DNA from: an uncultured Actinomycetes bacterium
GTDB taxonomy: Bacteria > Actinomycetota > Thermoleophilia > Gaiellales > JAICJC01
Direction: 5' to 3'
Length of the DNA: 64,000 nt
Assembly (NCBI GenBank): GCA_963701125.1
Contig: OY969568.1
Location: 110,914 to 174,913 of the forward strand
Positions 1 to 11,098 of the stretch are shown piece after piece (position 1 is the stretch's first letter; each line of letters begins with the position of its first letter). The translations under genes and the position numbers were made by a program. The notes under the pieces were generated by a model. That model was not told the origin of the DNA. It did not search any database and saw only the letters and a list, made by a program, of their open reading frames with translations.

Positions 1-67
1 CAGATGGTGACCGAGCCGTTACGCGGCTGACCGCGGGCGGTCATGTCTGTCTGAGATCGTCTGAGCC

Positions 68-601
68 GTGACGCGCCGGTACGCAATCGCCGTGGCCCTC
101 GTCGCGGTTGTCGCGGTGGGATGCGCTGGGGCTGCCCCGGCGGCAATCTGGCCGCGCGTCGATACGCATACCGGCGCGATCGTCTGGCCGAGACACGTCA
201 ACATCGTGGGCCGGATCCGGGCCACGATGCCCGCCGACGACGACACGACCAAGTTCAGTCCGCTGTACCGGACCGCCGCACGGATCGCCTGCCCGAACGC
301 GCCGTCGGTCGAGTCAGGCACGCGGTTTCTGTCGCCGCGCCGGTGGCTCATCCTGACCCGGTGCGGACGCCTGTCGCACGAGCAGGTGCCCGGAGTGCTC
401 GTGACCTTCGTCGACGTGCGCGTGCCCAAGATGATCGGCCTCGCCTTCCCTCAGCCGCAGGGCGTGACCGATCGGCTGGGTCTGCGCCTGCGGATCGTCC
501 GCGGCCGGCGCGGGCGCGGGCCGGTGCGGTTCGTCGCTCAGCGGCCGAGGGCGGGCACGGTGGTCGCGTTCGGAACGACTGTGGTGGTCACGCGCGGCTG
601 A
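68..601 (+). CDS. putative lipoprotein, unknown function
   Basis: GTG-start ORF with G/C at nearly all third codon positions. N-terminus MTRRYAIAVALVAVVAVGC looks like a signal peptide plus lipobox. No family recognised. Confidence 0.45.
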   Translation: MTRRYAIAVALVAVVAVGCAGAAPAAIWPRVDTHTGAIVWPRHVNIVGRIRATMPADDDTTKFSPLYRTAARIACPNAPSVESGTRFLSPRRWLILTRCGRLSHEQVPGVLVTFVDVRVPKMIGLAFPQPQGVTDRLGLRLRIVRGRRGRGPVRFVAQRPRAGTVVAFGTTVVVTRG

Positions 602-620
602 AGCGCAGCGCGGTCTGCAC

Positions 621-1265
621 CTACGCCGGCCGCGACCACTCGAAGACGTCCATCCCGTCCCACCACCAGGGCTGGCCGTCTTCCCGGCCGGCGATGCGCA
701 GCCGTAGAGTCGCCTCGGGGTTCGCGGCGGCGAACGCATCGGCAGCCGCGCGCACCTTGGGCCACTCGGCGTTGTCGAGCACGACCAGCGCCGACGGCGC
801 GAGCAGACCCCTGACGGCCTCGAGGGCGGCGACGGTCGCGGCGGTGGAGTGGTCGGCGTCGTAGAAGAAGACGCCCACGGGCGGCAGGTCGGCCTCGGCC
901 AGCACGGCGACCGTGTCGCCGTCGATCACCCGGGTGCGATCGGCCACGCCGAAGCGCTCGAGGTTCGCGGCGAGGGCGGCCGGGTCGGAGTCGTCGAACG
1001 AGAAGTTGTCGATCCCGATGCAGGCTGCGGTGCTGCCGAGCGCCGCCCCGATCAGGCTGCGGCCATGGTGGGTGCCCGCCTCGAGGTAGCACTCGTCGCC
1101 CTGCAGATGCCGTGCCGCCAGCGCGATCAGGGCGAGATTGTTCTCCTCGGACAGGCCGTCCACCGCGTCGAACACGGGGCGCAGCGACCGGTCGAGCGGC
1201 ACCTCGGAGCGGGGGAAGTCGGCGAAGAGCGCCGGCAGCCCATCCACGAATCCGGCGACGTCCAT
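621..1265 (-). CDS. class I SAM-dependent methyltransferase (Methyltransf_24 / O-methyltransferase-like)
   Basis: 214-aa ORF with AdoMet-MTase-like motifs (YLEAGTHHGRS, IDNFSFDD, FFYDADHS). Its start abuts the stop of the upstream sugar-nucleotide gene, suggesting an operon. Confidence 0.7.
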   Translation of the reverse strand: MDVAGFVDGLPALFADFPRSEVPLDRSLRPVFDAVDGLSEENNLALIALAARHLQGDECYLEAGTHHGRSLIGAALGSTAACIGIDNFSFDDSDPAALAANLERFGVADRTRVIDGDTVAVLAEADLPPVGVFFYDADHSTAATVAALEAVRGLLAPSALVVLDNAEWPKVRAAADAFAAANPEATLRLRIAGREDGQPWWWDGMDVFEWSRPA

Positions 1266-2204
<939 letters not shown>

Positions 2205-2236
2205 CGGCCGCAAGGGTACATGGCCCATCCACCACC

Positions 2237-2360
2237 GGGGGACAGTCCCCCTCTGACGTGCCTCCATGGACGGTGGACGAGATGGAGCAGTGTAGGGGAC
2301 AGTCCCCCTGACGATCGCATATCACGTGCCGAACGGCTCCTGGAGGGGGGATTGTCCCCC
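2237..2360. repeat. three copies of the GC palindrome GGGG(G)AC-N-GTCCCC(C) in the divergent intergenic region
   Basis: GGGGGACAGTCCCCC at 2237-2251, GGGGACAGTCCCCC at 2295-2308, GGGGGGATTGTCCCCC at 2345-2360. Copies 1 and 2 share the extension T(CT)GACG. Copy 1 plus its 5' flank is a near reverse complement of copy 3 plus its 3' flank. Confidence 0.8.
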
Positions 2361-2477
2361 GGTGGTCTGTGAGCCCTCTGCTACCCTGCCTCCCGGCCGC
2401 ACCGCGGAGCTGCGAAGCTTGCCGACGCAGCCCTGGGATGCAGGCGACTGGAACGACGAGGCAAGGAGGTGTGGGCG

Positions 2478-2747
2478 ATGCCGCTCACCCAGGACCAGAA
2501 GACGGAGCTGATCGGCAAGTTCGGGGCAAGCCAGGCCGACACCGGTTCCACCAAGGTGCAGGTCGCCCTGCTCACGCAGCGGATCAGCGAGCTCACCGAG
2601 CATATGAAAGTGCACAAGCACGACCACCACTCACGCCGCGGCCTGCTGAAGCTGGTCGGGCGGAGGCGCAGATTGCTCACCTACATGCAGAGGCATGACC
2701 TGGAGGGCTACCGCGCGTTGATCAAGGAGCTGGGACTGCGCCGCTGA
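2478..2747 (+). CDS. rpsO: 30S ribosomal protein S15
   Basis: [16 protein letters not shown]...[48 protein letters not shown] is canonical S15. AGGAGG-like RBS at 2464-2470 precedes ATG 2478. Confidence 0.97.
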   Translation: MPLTQDQKTELIGKFGASQADTGSTKVQVALLTQRISELTEHMKVHKHDHHSRRGLLKLVGRRRRLLTYMQRHDLEGYRALIKELGLRR

Positions 2748-2770
2748 GGCGCCTTCCCAGGCCGGAGGAT

Positions 2771-2791
2771 GGCCCGCGATTGGCGCGGGCC
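2771..2791 (+). promoter_or_regulatory. rpsO-pnp intergenic hairpin (rpsO terminator and/or pnp leader stem-loop)
   Basis: GGCCCGCG-ATTGG-CGCGGGCC, an 8-bp perfect stem. It lies 24 nt after the rpsO stop and 26 nt before the pnp ATG. This position matches the PNPase-autoregulated leader hairpins known in other bacteria. Confidence 0.45.
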
Positions 2792-2816
2792 CGAGGATTG
2801 AAGAGAGCGAGAAGAC

Positions 2817-5283
2817 ATGAGCATTGCAGTTGAGCCCGAGGCGACACGTCTGGCCGTCACGATCGGCGACAAGGAGATCAGCTTCGAGACAGGAGCCGTC
2901 GCCAAGCAGGCGCATGGCGCCGTCTTGGTGCAGCAGGAAGGGACCGTGGTGCTGGCCACCGCGGTCGGCCGGACCGAAGGGCGTGAGGGCGCGGACTTCT
3001 TCCCGCTCACCGTGGACGTCGAAGAGAAGATGTACGCCGCCGGCAAGATCCCGGGAGGGTTCTTCAAGCGCGAGGGCCGCGCGGGCGAGAAGGCGATCCT
3101 GACCGCGCGCATGGTCGACCGCCCGATCCGGCCGCTTTGGCCGAAGGGCTACAAGAACGAGGTCCAGGTCATCGTGACCACGTTCTCGGCCGACCAGGTG
3201 CACCCGCACGACATCCTGGCCATCAACGGCTCCTCGGCAGCGCTGATGCTGTCGCCGATGCCGTTCCTCGGCCCGGTTGGCGCCGTGCGCATCGGCCGCA
3301 TCGACGGCCGGCTGGTCGTGAACCCGACGCTGCCCGACCTGAAGGACTCGACTCTCGACCTGATCGTCTGCGGCAGCCCCGAGGCGATCACGATGGTCGA
3401 GGCGGGCGCCCAGGAGATCAACGAAGAGGATCTGATCACCGCCCTCGAGCTCGCCCACGGCGAGATCAAGAAGCTGTGCCAGCTGCAGATCGAGCTGGCC
3501 GCGAAGGCGGGACAGCCCAAGTGGGTCGACGGCGCCGTCACCGAGTCGCTGCGCCGGACGCACGGCCAGGCGCTCGCAGACGCCGTCCGCGAGGGCGGCC
3601 TCGTCGCGCTCCCGGGCCGCGTTGATGCGCTCCAGCGGACCGAGATGCCCGAGATCGGCGGCGGCTCGACCGACGCCGACGTGCTCCAGCGCCAGCGGCT
3701 TCAGTTCGGCTTCGCCCAGCTCGGGAACGAGGTGCGCGAGGGCGCGGTGTACCCGCATGTGAAGGAGCAGTTCGGGGACGCGATCCGCGAGCTGACCGAC
3801 GCCGAGCGGCGACTCCAAGGAGCTGAAGTCGGCCAAGCGGTCGGCGCTCTACGAGCGCATCGCGGCCACGATCCAGCTGCCCTTCCCAGGCCGGATCGAG
3901 GTCGAGGGCGGCGGACAGGGCCCGCTCGACGCGGTCACCCGCGCCGCGGTGCAGGGTGCGTGCGACAAGCTCTACAAGGAGACGGTGCGCACCAAGATCG
4001 CGATCGACAAGCGCCGCCCCGACGGGCGCTCCGAGACCGAGATCCGTCCGATCGCCTCATCGGTGACGGTGATGCCGCGCACGCACGGCTCGGCCCTCTT
4101 CACCCGCGGCCAGACCCAGGCGCTCACGCTCTGCACGCTCGGCACGGCGAAGGAGGAGCAGCGCATCGACGACCTCTCGCTCGACGAGACGAAGCGCTAC
4201 ATCCACCACTACAACTTCCCGCCGTTCTGCGTCGGCGAGACGGGGTTCATGCGCGGCCCGAAGCGGCGTGACATCGGTCACGGCGCGCTGGCCGAGCGAG
4301 CTCTCGTCCCGGTGATCCCGAGCGCGGCCGACTTCCCGTACACGCTGCGGGTCGTCTCCGAGATCCTCGAGTCGAACGGCTCCTCGTCGATGGCGTCGGT
4401 CTGCGGCTCGACGCTCTCGCTGATGGACGCGGGCGTCCCGATCAAGGCTCCCGTGGCCGGGATCGCGATGGGCCTGATCAAGGAGGGCGACGACTACGTC
4501 ATCCTGACCGACATCCAGGGAGCCGAGGATCACCTCGGCGACATGGACTTCAAGGTCGCAGGCACCGAGGCGGGCGTGACCGCGCTGCAGATGGACATCA
4601 AGATCACGGGTGTCACCACCGAGATCCTGCGCAGCGCGCTCGGTCAGGCGAAGGACGCCCGGATCCACATCCTGGGCAAGATGCGCGAGGCCATCGCCGA
4701 GCCCCGGACGGAGCTCGCGGCGCACGCGCCGCGGATCGTCAGCACCAAGATCCATCCCGACTTCATCGGTATGGTGATCGGCAAGGGCGGCGAGACCATC
4801 CGCGGACTCGAGGCCGATTACGAGGTGCAGATCGACATCGAGGAAGACGGCACGATCCGCATCTACGGCACGAACGGCGAGCTGGCGGAGCAGTGCCGCC
4901 TCGCCATCGAGGCGATGACGAAGGAGGTCGAGGTCGGCGACGAGTACACCGGCAAGGTCGTCAAGATCACCGACTTCGGTGCGTTCGTCGAGCTTCGCAA
5001 GGGCGTGGACGGCCTGCTGCACGTGAGCCGCATCCTGCCGAAGGCAAACCGGCTGCAGTCCGCCGCCCAGGTCATCGACCGCGGCGACACGGTCAAGGTG
5101 ACCGTGTCCGAGGTGGACAAGGAGAAGGGCCGGATCGGCCTGACGCTCCTGGCCAAGCTCGACGGCGACACCGAGATCACGCCCGAGCAGCTGGTCGAGG
5201 TGGCCGAGCGCACGCCGGCGCCGCCCCGCGAGGAGCGGCCGCCGCGCCGCGACCGCGATCGCGGCGGCCCGCGCCGCCGCTAG
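2817..5283 (+). pseudogene. pnp: polyribonucleotide nucleotidyltransferase (PNPase), frame interrupted by one apparent 1-nt insertion near 3807 (possible assembly error)
   Basis: The N-terminal RNase PH domain is read from 2817 (FFPLTVDVEEKMYAAGKIPGGFFKREGR). The frame turns to nonsense after ...IRELTDAE. The +1 frame continues from 3808 (GDSKELKSAKRSALYERI...) through the second PH domain (NGSSSMASVCG, DHLGDMDFKVAGT), KH (GKGGETIRGL) and S1 (GKVVKITDFGAFVEL) to stop at 5283. Confidence 0.93.
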
Positions 5284-5292
5284 GACACGCGC

Positions 5293-5320
5293 GGAGGGGG
5301 CGGCGGTTGCCGCCCCCTCC
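5293..5320 (+). terminator. intrinsic-terminator-like hairpin after pnp
   Basis: GGAGGGGGCGGC-GGTT-GCCGCCCCCTCC, a 12-bp perfect GC stem starting 10 nt after the pnp stop. There is no U-tract, which is common in high-GC actinobacteria. Confidence 0.55.
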
Positions 5321-5340
5321 GTCGTCTAGCCTTCGCCGCC

Positions 5341-6697
5341 GTGCAGCGATACACCATCACCACCCTTGACGGGGGCGAGCGCATCGTCTCCGAGCGCGTC
5401 TCCTCGGTGCGATCCGTCGCCATCGGCATCTGGATCGGCGCCGGCTCGCGCGACGAGACACCGTCCCAGGCGGGCGTCTCGCACCTGATCGAGCATCTGC
5501 TCTTCAAGGGCTCGGCGCGGTACTCGACCGTCGAGATCGCCCAGATCTTCGACGGCCTCGGCGGCGAGCTGAACGCGGCCACGTCGCGCGAGTACACGGT
5601 CGTCTACGCCCGGGTGCTCGACGCGCACCTGGAGACCGCGCTCGACGTGATGGCCGACATGATCCTGCAGCCGCGCTTCGACCCGGACGAGATGGACGCC
5701 GAGCGCGAGGTCGTGCTCGAGGAGATCGCGATGTACGACGACGCGCCCCAGGATCTCGTGCACGACCTGATCTCGCAGGCCGTGTTCGGCGACCACCCGC
5801 TCGGCCGGCCGGTGATCGGCTCCGAGGGCGTGATCGCGGCGGCGACCGCCGCCGACGTGCGCGGCTATCACGATGCCCGCTACGTCGGCCCGAACATCGT
5901 CGTCGCGGCCGCCGGCAACCTCGATCACGAGCCGCTCGCACACGCCGTCGAGACGCGCTTTGCCCCGCTCAGCCGCATCCCCGATCCGACCGCCGGAGTG
6001 CGGCCGCTGTGGGTGGGGGAGTCCCAGCCGCGCTCGCTCTTCCAGCAGAAGGACACGCGAGCAGTTCCACGTCGCCCTCGGCGGCCTCGGCCTGCCGCGC
6101 TCCGACCGGCACCGGTTCGCGGCGTCGCTGCTTGACTCGATGCTCGGCGGATCCGCCTCGTCCCGGCTCTTTCAGGAGATCCGCGAGCGGCGCGGGATGG
6201 CCTATTCGGTCTACACGTACGCGTCGCAGTACGCCGACACGGGCATGGTCGGGGTCTACCTCGGCACGCGCGAGGACAACCTGGCCGAGTGCATCCGCAT
6301 CATCGCCGACCAGTTCCAGCTGATGGGGGACGGGCGCTTCGACCACGCCGAGCTCGACCGGGCGAAGGAGAACCTGAAGGGCCGGATCATGCTTGCGATG
6401 GAGTCGACGTCCAACCGTGCGAGCCGCCTCGGCAAGTCGATCCTGACCGATACCGAGCTGATGTCGCTCGACCGCATCTGTGCCGAGATCGACGCGGTCG
6501 ACCCGGATGCGGTCGCCGCCCTCGCGCGCCAGCTGTTCGCGCCCGACCAGCTGTCCGCGGCCTGCATAGGCCCGAGCGGCGAGCGCTTCTCGGAGGCCGT
6601 CGCCGTGCTCAACCCCGCGCTCGTGCCCGCCGAGGCGCCTACCGCAGCATCCGGTCGTCGAGGACGACATGGATCGGCGGCCGACCCGGAGGCGTGA
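5341..6697 (+). pseudogene. M16 family zinc peptidase (pitrilysin/PepR-like), frame interrupted by one apparent 1-nt insertion near 6058
   Basis: HxxEH zinc motif (GVSHLIEHLLFKG). Frame 1 reads to ...SLFQQKDT, then frame 2 continues EQFHVALGGLGLPRSDRHRF...RLFQEIRERRGMAYSVY... The 3' tail overlaps the convergent gene, so the true stop is uncertain. Confidence 0.85.
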
Positions 6698-7145
6698 TGG
6701 TGAACGCAAGCCCCCATTCGCCCGGCATCAGCCACGCCGGCATGCGCACGCTGTAGGCCGCCGACGCACGCAGTTCAAACGAGGCGACGCCCATCGCCAT
6801 GCCGAGCATCCCCGCCTCGACGCGCACCCGTGCCGCGGTGACGGGGTGCCCGGCGCGCACGAGTGCGACGCTGACCGTGTTCGGCCGGCTGGCGCGGTTG
6901 GGCGAGACGGCGATCGCGATGCGGTAGCCGGCGCGCACGAGATGGGTGCGCACCGCGCCGGGACCGACCCCGCGCGTGACGGCGCCGGCGGGGGCGTGGA
7001 ATGCGGCTGTGCCCTGGGCTCCGGGCGCGGCGACCGCTGCGATCGTGATGGCGCCCGCTCCGCCTCCGCCGCATGCGGCGCAGAGAAGCACGCACGCGAG
7101 CACGGCGGCGGAGATCTCGCCGCGCCGCCGCCTATGCCTCGGCAC
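6639..7145 (-). CDS. secreted lipoprotein, YtkA-like/FixH-like beta-sandwich (tentative)
   Basis: Signal peptide plus lipobox ([14 protein letters not shown]). The C-terminal half has the Met-rich pattern [10 protein letters not shown]...[15 protein letters not shown], reminiscent of YtkA-like domains. Its start overlaps the MCP stop by 14 nt. Confidence 0.55.
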   Translation of the reverse strand: MPRHRRRRGEISAAVLACVLLCAACGGGGAGAITIAAVAAPGAQGTAAFHAPAGAVTRGVGPGAVRTHLVRAGYRIAIAVSPNRASRPNTVSVALVRAGHPVTAARVRVEAGMLGMAMGVASFELRASAAYSVRMPAWLMPGEWGLAFTITPPGRPPIHVVLDDRMLR

Positions 7146-8856
7146 GTGCCCTGTCGCCGACGTTGAACCGCTGGACGAGCGTCTGCAGGGCCTCGGCGGT
7201 GTTGCTCACCGAGCGCGCCACGGCTGCCATCTCGTCGGTCGCGGCCGACGTCTGCTCGGTCGCTGCCGACATCTCCTGCGCGGCGGCCGACGCGGACTCG
7301 GCCGACGTCGTCACGCCGTCGAGCCGCTCCTCCATGCCCGCGGCCTGACCGGCGATGGACGTCCCGGCATCGGCGATCTGGGTCGCCGACTCGGCGACGC
7401 GCATGACGGCCTCGTCGATCGTGACGAAGCGGGAGCGCACCGACTCGACGGTCTCGGCGCCGCCGCTCGTGCGGCGCGCGCTCTCCTCGACCACGGCGGC
7501 GACCTGCGCCGTCTCGGCCTGCATCTCGAGAACGAGCGTCGCGATCGATTGCGCCGCCTCCTGGGAGTCGGCGGCCAGCTTGCGCACCTCCTCGGCGACG
7601 ACCGCAAACCCCCGGCCCTGCTCTCCGGCCCGCGCAGCCTCGATGGCGGCGTTCAGGGCGAGCAGGTTCGTCTGGCCGGCGATGCTCGTGATCGTGTCCA
7701 CGATGCCGCCGATCTGGCCCGACTTCGCGGTGAACTGGCCCATGGCGGCGGTGAGCTGCGCGCTGGACTCGGTCAGGCTGCCCATCGCGGCATACGCCTG
7801 CTCGGCTGCCTCGACACCTTCGGCGGCGAGCCGGTGCGCAGTGGCGGCGTCCTCCGCCGTGCCGGAGGCGCCCTGCGAGGCGGCGCGGGCCGCGGCGGCG
7901 ACCAGGCCGACGCCCTCGCGGGTCTGGCTCACGAGCGCGACCTGCGTTTCGGTGCCGACCGCCATATGCTCGATCGCGCTTGCGATCTCGCCGGCGGCTC
8001 GGCGCGTCTCGTCGGAGCCGATCGCGACGCGTCCCGATGTCTCGACGAGCCCGTCGCTGACGTCGTGGATCTCGCGCACCAGCGATCCCAGCGAGGCAAC
8101 CATCTGGTTGTAGGCGGCCGCGACGCGGCCGAGCTCGTCGCCCGACGGAGGCACCGTGCGTGTGAGGTCGCCGGCGGCAACGGCCTCGGCAGCCTCGAGC
8201 AGCGAACGGGTGCGCCCGAGGATGCCGCGGGACACCGCGACCGAGACGATGGTCGCAAGCGCAAGCGCGAGCACGGCGAGCGCGATCAGGATGACCCGGG
8301 CACGCGCCGCGATCCCGTCTGCCGCGCTCACCTGGGACGCCTCGGCCTGGCGGGCGACCTGCGCGAAGGTGGCGGCGTCTCCCGAGATGTTGCCGTAGTC
8401 GAGCAGCACCGGACCAAGGGCGATCTCCCGCGCGCGGGCGTACGCCCCGGCATGCATCGACGTGCGGGTGAGGTGATCGAGGGCGAGAAAGGCGACGAAC
8501 TCGGTGTGGATCTTCGTGACGAGCGAGACCTGCTCGGGGTTCGCCGAGCGCTCGCGCAGCACCTTGAGCGCCGACCGGAACTCGGCGATCGCGCTGCCGA
8601 GATCGGCGGACTGGTCGCCGCGGCCGAGCGTGTTGGCGTTCTCCCAGGCGGCGAGGTCGGACGACGCCTTGGCCACGTCGTCGGCGGCCTGCACCTGCAC
8701 CGCGTTCTGCGTCGCGAGCGTCGTCGTGGCCGCATGCTGACGCTCGAGCGCGAGCAGCGAGACGACGAGGGTGAGGACGAGCAGCGCACCGACGGCGCCG
8801 AAGCCGATGATGAGCTTCGCGCGGATCGAGACGGAGCGGGCGAGGGAACGGATCAT
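7132..8856 (-). CDS. methyl-accepting chemotaxis protein (two TM helices, helical sensor region, HAMP, MA domain)
   Basis: Highly conserved signalling hairpin [41 protein letters not shown]-like [27 protein letters not shown]. Start set at ATG 8856 (MIRSLARSV); the rest of the 1018-aa ORF is an upstream extension. Confidence 0.92.
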   Translation of the reverse strand: MIRSLARSVSIRAKLIIGFGAVGALLVLTLVVSLLALERQHAATTTLATQNAVQVQAADDVAKASSDLAAWENANTLGRGDQSADLGSAIAEFRSALKVLRERSANPEQVSLVTKIHTEFVAFLALDHLTRTSMHAGAYARAREIALGPVLLDYGNISGDAATFAQVARQAEASQVSAADGIAARARVILIALAVLALALATIVSVAVSRGILGRTRSLLEAAEAVAAGDLTRTVPPSGDELGRVAAAYNQMVASLGSLVREIHDVSDGLVETSGRVAIGSDETRRAAGEIASAIEHMAVGTETQVALVSQTREGVGLVAAAARAASQGASGTAEDAATAHRLAAEGVEAAEQAYAAMGSLTESSAQLTAAMGQFTAKSGQIGGIVDTITSIAGQTNLLALNAAIEAARAGEQGRGFAVVAEEVRKLAADSQEAAQSIATLVLEMQAETAQVAAVVEESARRTSGGAETVESVRSRFVTIDEAVMRVAESATQIADAGTSIAGQAAGMEERLDGVTTSAESASAAAQEMSAATEQTSAATDEMAAVARSVSNTAEALQTLVQRFNVGDRARAEA

Positions 8857-9407
8857 GAGAGGTGCACCGGGTAGACGGCCTTCTCGCCGTTCAGCGAGAC
8901 GGTGATCGTGAAGTCGTGGCCGTACGCCATGTTGGCGTTGTTGCCGTAGTGGTAGTCGCGCGCGCCGACGATCACGTCCTGCATGATCGTGACCCGCACC
9001 TGCTCGGACGAGTGCGCGGTGTGGTCGACGACGGTGATCGTCGGGTGGGCGCCGTGCACGGGCATGCCGGTTGCGAGCGAGTAGATGTGCGCCTCGAAGT
9101 GGCGCGCGTCCGGCGTGATCGGGGCCATGGTGCCGCGGATGTTGAGCTCGCCTTCGGTGGGGTGGATCCGGGCCGCGAGCTTCGGCGGGTACATGTGCTC
9201 GGGCGGAACGACGTTGAGCACGATGAGATAGTGGCGGGTCGTGCGAACCTTGGTCACGCCGGCCTCTTTCGCCGCCGCGTAGTGCACCTGCTGCGCGCCG
9301 CCGCCAAGGCCGAAGGCGGCGAGGCCGTACGCTGCTGCGGCGATGACCGCCGCGGTCGCGACGAGGGCCGCCGCTGCCTTGAGGAGAAAATGCATGCCCC
9401 GAGTCAT
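8853..9407 (-). CDS. membrane-anchored/secreted protein, possibly a P19/FTP-like metal-binding fold (weak)
   Basis: N-terminal hydrophobic anchor ([29 protein letters not shown]). His-rich beta-type motifs ([28 protein letters not shown]). Its stop overlaps the MCP start (ATGA). The start codon is uncertain (9407, 9395 or 9458). Confidence 0.5.
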   Translation of the reverse strand: MTRGMHFLLKAAAALVATAAVIAAAAYGLAAFGLGGGAQQVHYAAAKEAGVTKVRTTRHYLIVLNVVPPEHMYPPKLAARIHPTEGELNIRGTMAPITPDARHFEAHIYSLATGMPVHGAHPTITVVDHTAHSSEQVRVTIMQDVIVGARDYHYGNNANMAYGHDFTITVSLNGEKAVYPVHLS

Positions 9408-9507
9408 CGGCCCGGCGGCGGGTCCGTGCAGGCCGATTGTTACGTAGTCTGATCCCACAGAATTGGGGAGGGCGAGACGTCCACGACGCCGACGAGAGGA
9501 GATTCGT

Positions 9508-10299
9508 ATGGACCCGCTGCTGCAGGGAAAGGTCGCGATCGTCTACGGCGCGGGAGGTGGGATCGGGCGCGGCGTCGCGGCCACGTTCGCCCGCGAGGGC
9601 GCGCACGTCTTCCTGGCCGGCCGCACCCGCACCCGGCTCGAGGCGGTCGCGGCGGACATCCACGCGGCGGCCGGCCGGGCGGACGTCGCCGTCGTGGACA
9701 CGCTCGACGAACAGGCCGTCGCCGAGCACTCCCGCGCGGTCGCCGACCTCGCCGGCAGCGTGGACGTGTCGTTCAACCTCACCTCGCGCGGCGATGTGCA
9801 GGGCATCCCGCTGGTCGACATGCCCCTGGCCGACTTCCTGCACCCGATCACGACCGGGGTCACGACCACCTTCATCACCGCCCGGGCCGCCGCCCGCCTC
9901 ATGGCGGAGCAGGGCTCGGGCGTGATCCTCTCGCTCACGAGCGGGTCGTCGCGCGGTACCGCGCCGATGATGGGCGGCACCGGCCCGGCGGATGCGGCGG
10001 TCGAGGTGTTCCTGCGCTCCCTGGCAGCCGAGGTCGGCAAGCAGGGGGTGCGGGTCGTGAGCCTGTGGACCGCGGGCGTGCCCGAGACTTTCGGGCTCGC
10101 GGACGACACGAACCAGGCCCGGCGCGCGAGCGGCATGGGCCCGGCCGACATCGAGCGGATGCTCGGCCCGAGGACGATGCTCGGCCACGCGCCGCGCCTG
10201 GCACAGGTGGCCGATACGGCTGCGTTTCTGGCCTCCGGCCGCGCCGGCGGCATCACGGGCACCCTGGTGAACGTCACCTGCGGGCTCGTGCCCGGCTAG
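9508..10299 (+). CDS. SDR family oxidoreductase
   Basis: [16 protein letters not shown] Rossmann motif and SDR-like core. AGGAG RBS lies upstream of ATG 9508. Confidence 0.8.
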   Translation: MDPLLQGKVAIVYGAGGGIGRGVAATFAREGAHVFLAGRTRTRLEAVAADIHAAAGRADVAVVDTLDEQAVAEHSRAVADLAGSVDVSFNLTSRGDVQGIPLVDMPLADFLHPITTGVTTTFITARAAARLMAEQGSGVILSLTSGSSRGTAPMMGGTGPADAAVEVFLRSLAAEVGKQGVRVVSLWTAGVPETFGLADDTNQARRASGMGPADIERMLGPRTMLGHAPRLAQVADTAAFLASGRAGGITGTLVNVTCGLVPG

Positions 10300-10347
10300 C
10301 CGCCGACGTCATCCATCCGCTGGATCGGCACGCCTCGATGGGGTGGT

Positions 10348-10974
10348 TCAGGCTCGATCCGCGACCGGCTGGCGGATGATCGCCCGCAGTCGATCCGGCG
10401 CCGTGCGCCGCGGGTCGCTGATGTAGATCTCGTGGTGCCTGCCGCGGGCACCCAGCCCCGCGTCGCCGATGAAGGCGTGAAGGGCGGCGATCGCCGGCGC
10501 CTCGTTTGCGTACGGCCCGACGTGCAGCACCTGGGCGCAGTCACCCTCGCACAGGCGGTCGAGGCGGGCGTCGGCGACGGCTCCGGGACCCTTCTTCAGC
10601 ACCTCGGCCCGCACCGCCTCGAAGAGCTCGGGGGTGACGGCGTCGTGCTGGTGGATCATCATCGTCCAGTCCCACGCGGTCTTGGGCGTCGTGCTCCAGG
10701 CGGCGGGATCGGCGGCCGACCAGAGCCCCTCGGGCGGGCCGACGCTGCTCTCGACTCCCCGCTCGCGGCGCAGGGCGAACTTCAGCCCGCATGCCAGGCG
10801 GAAGAGGGCCTGCAGCGCCTCGGCGTATGCAGGCGAGGTGTTCGGGTCGCCGCGGCCGTCGATCATGTCGAACACGAGCTCCGGCACGGTGACGAGCGCG
10901 GGCACGGCCTTCGCGCGGTAGAGCCGCTCGATCGCCTCCTCGCGATCGAGGGTGACGACCGGTGCCTCGGGCAT
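10348..10974 (-). CDS. GyrI-like small-molecule-binding domain protein
   Basis: The C-terminal 208 aa of the long ORF (MPEAPVVTLD...FDMIDGRGDPNTSPAYAEALQALF...VLHVGPYANE...HHEIYISDPRRT) fit the GyrI-like/SOUL-type fold. The upstream 720 codons are antisense shadow of dapB and the decarboxylase gene. Confidence 0.7.
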   Translation of the reverse strand: MPEAPVVTLDREEAIERLYRAKAVPALVTVPELVFDMIDGRGDPNTSPAYAEALQALFRLACGLKFALRRERGVESSVGPPEGLWSAADPAAWSTTPKTAWDWTMMIHQHDAVTPELFEAVRAEVLKKGPGAVADARLDRLCEGDCAQVLHVGPYANEAPAIAALHAFIGDAGLGARGRHHEIYISDPRRTAPDRLRAIIRQPVADRA

Positions 10975-11098
10975 GCGACACCTCCTTTGCCGTTCGAGCG
11001 TAGGCCGGCGTCCCGGCGGCCGCATCGGGGTCGGTGCGGTGCCCGCTTCGGGAAACCACCGCATCGGGCGGCGGCGCCTGCGGGTACGATCGGCGGCG

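Noticed and set aside
3801-3813. Possibility that the pnp and other frame breaks are programmed ribosomal frameshifts or recoding sites.
   Set aside because: No slippery heptamer or downstream pseudoknot context was seen. The breaks occur at unrelated sequence contexts in about eleven different genes and in both directions (+1 and -1). Indel error or mutation is the simpler explanation.
6639-6697. A 59-nt overlap between the 3' ends of the M16 peptidase gene and the convergent lipoprotein gene.
   Set aside because: It is probably not a real overlap. The last 20 residues of the peptidase frame (…[19 protein letters not shown]) look like shadow sequence, and the true stop may be obscured by another indel. 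It is not informative on its own.
7132-10188. ORF-track proteins of 1018, 932, 863 and 1005 aa (7132-10188, 10348-13146, 14134-16725, 17480-20497). These suggest giant multidomain proteins.
   Set aside because: Only the C-terminal parts match real families (MCP, GyrI-like, RNase J, FtsK). Internal starts with RBSs fit the family N-termini, and the upstream parts overlap other well-supported genes on the opposite strand.
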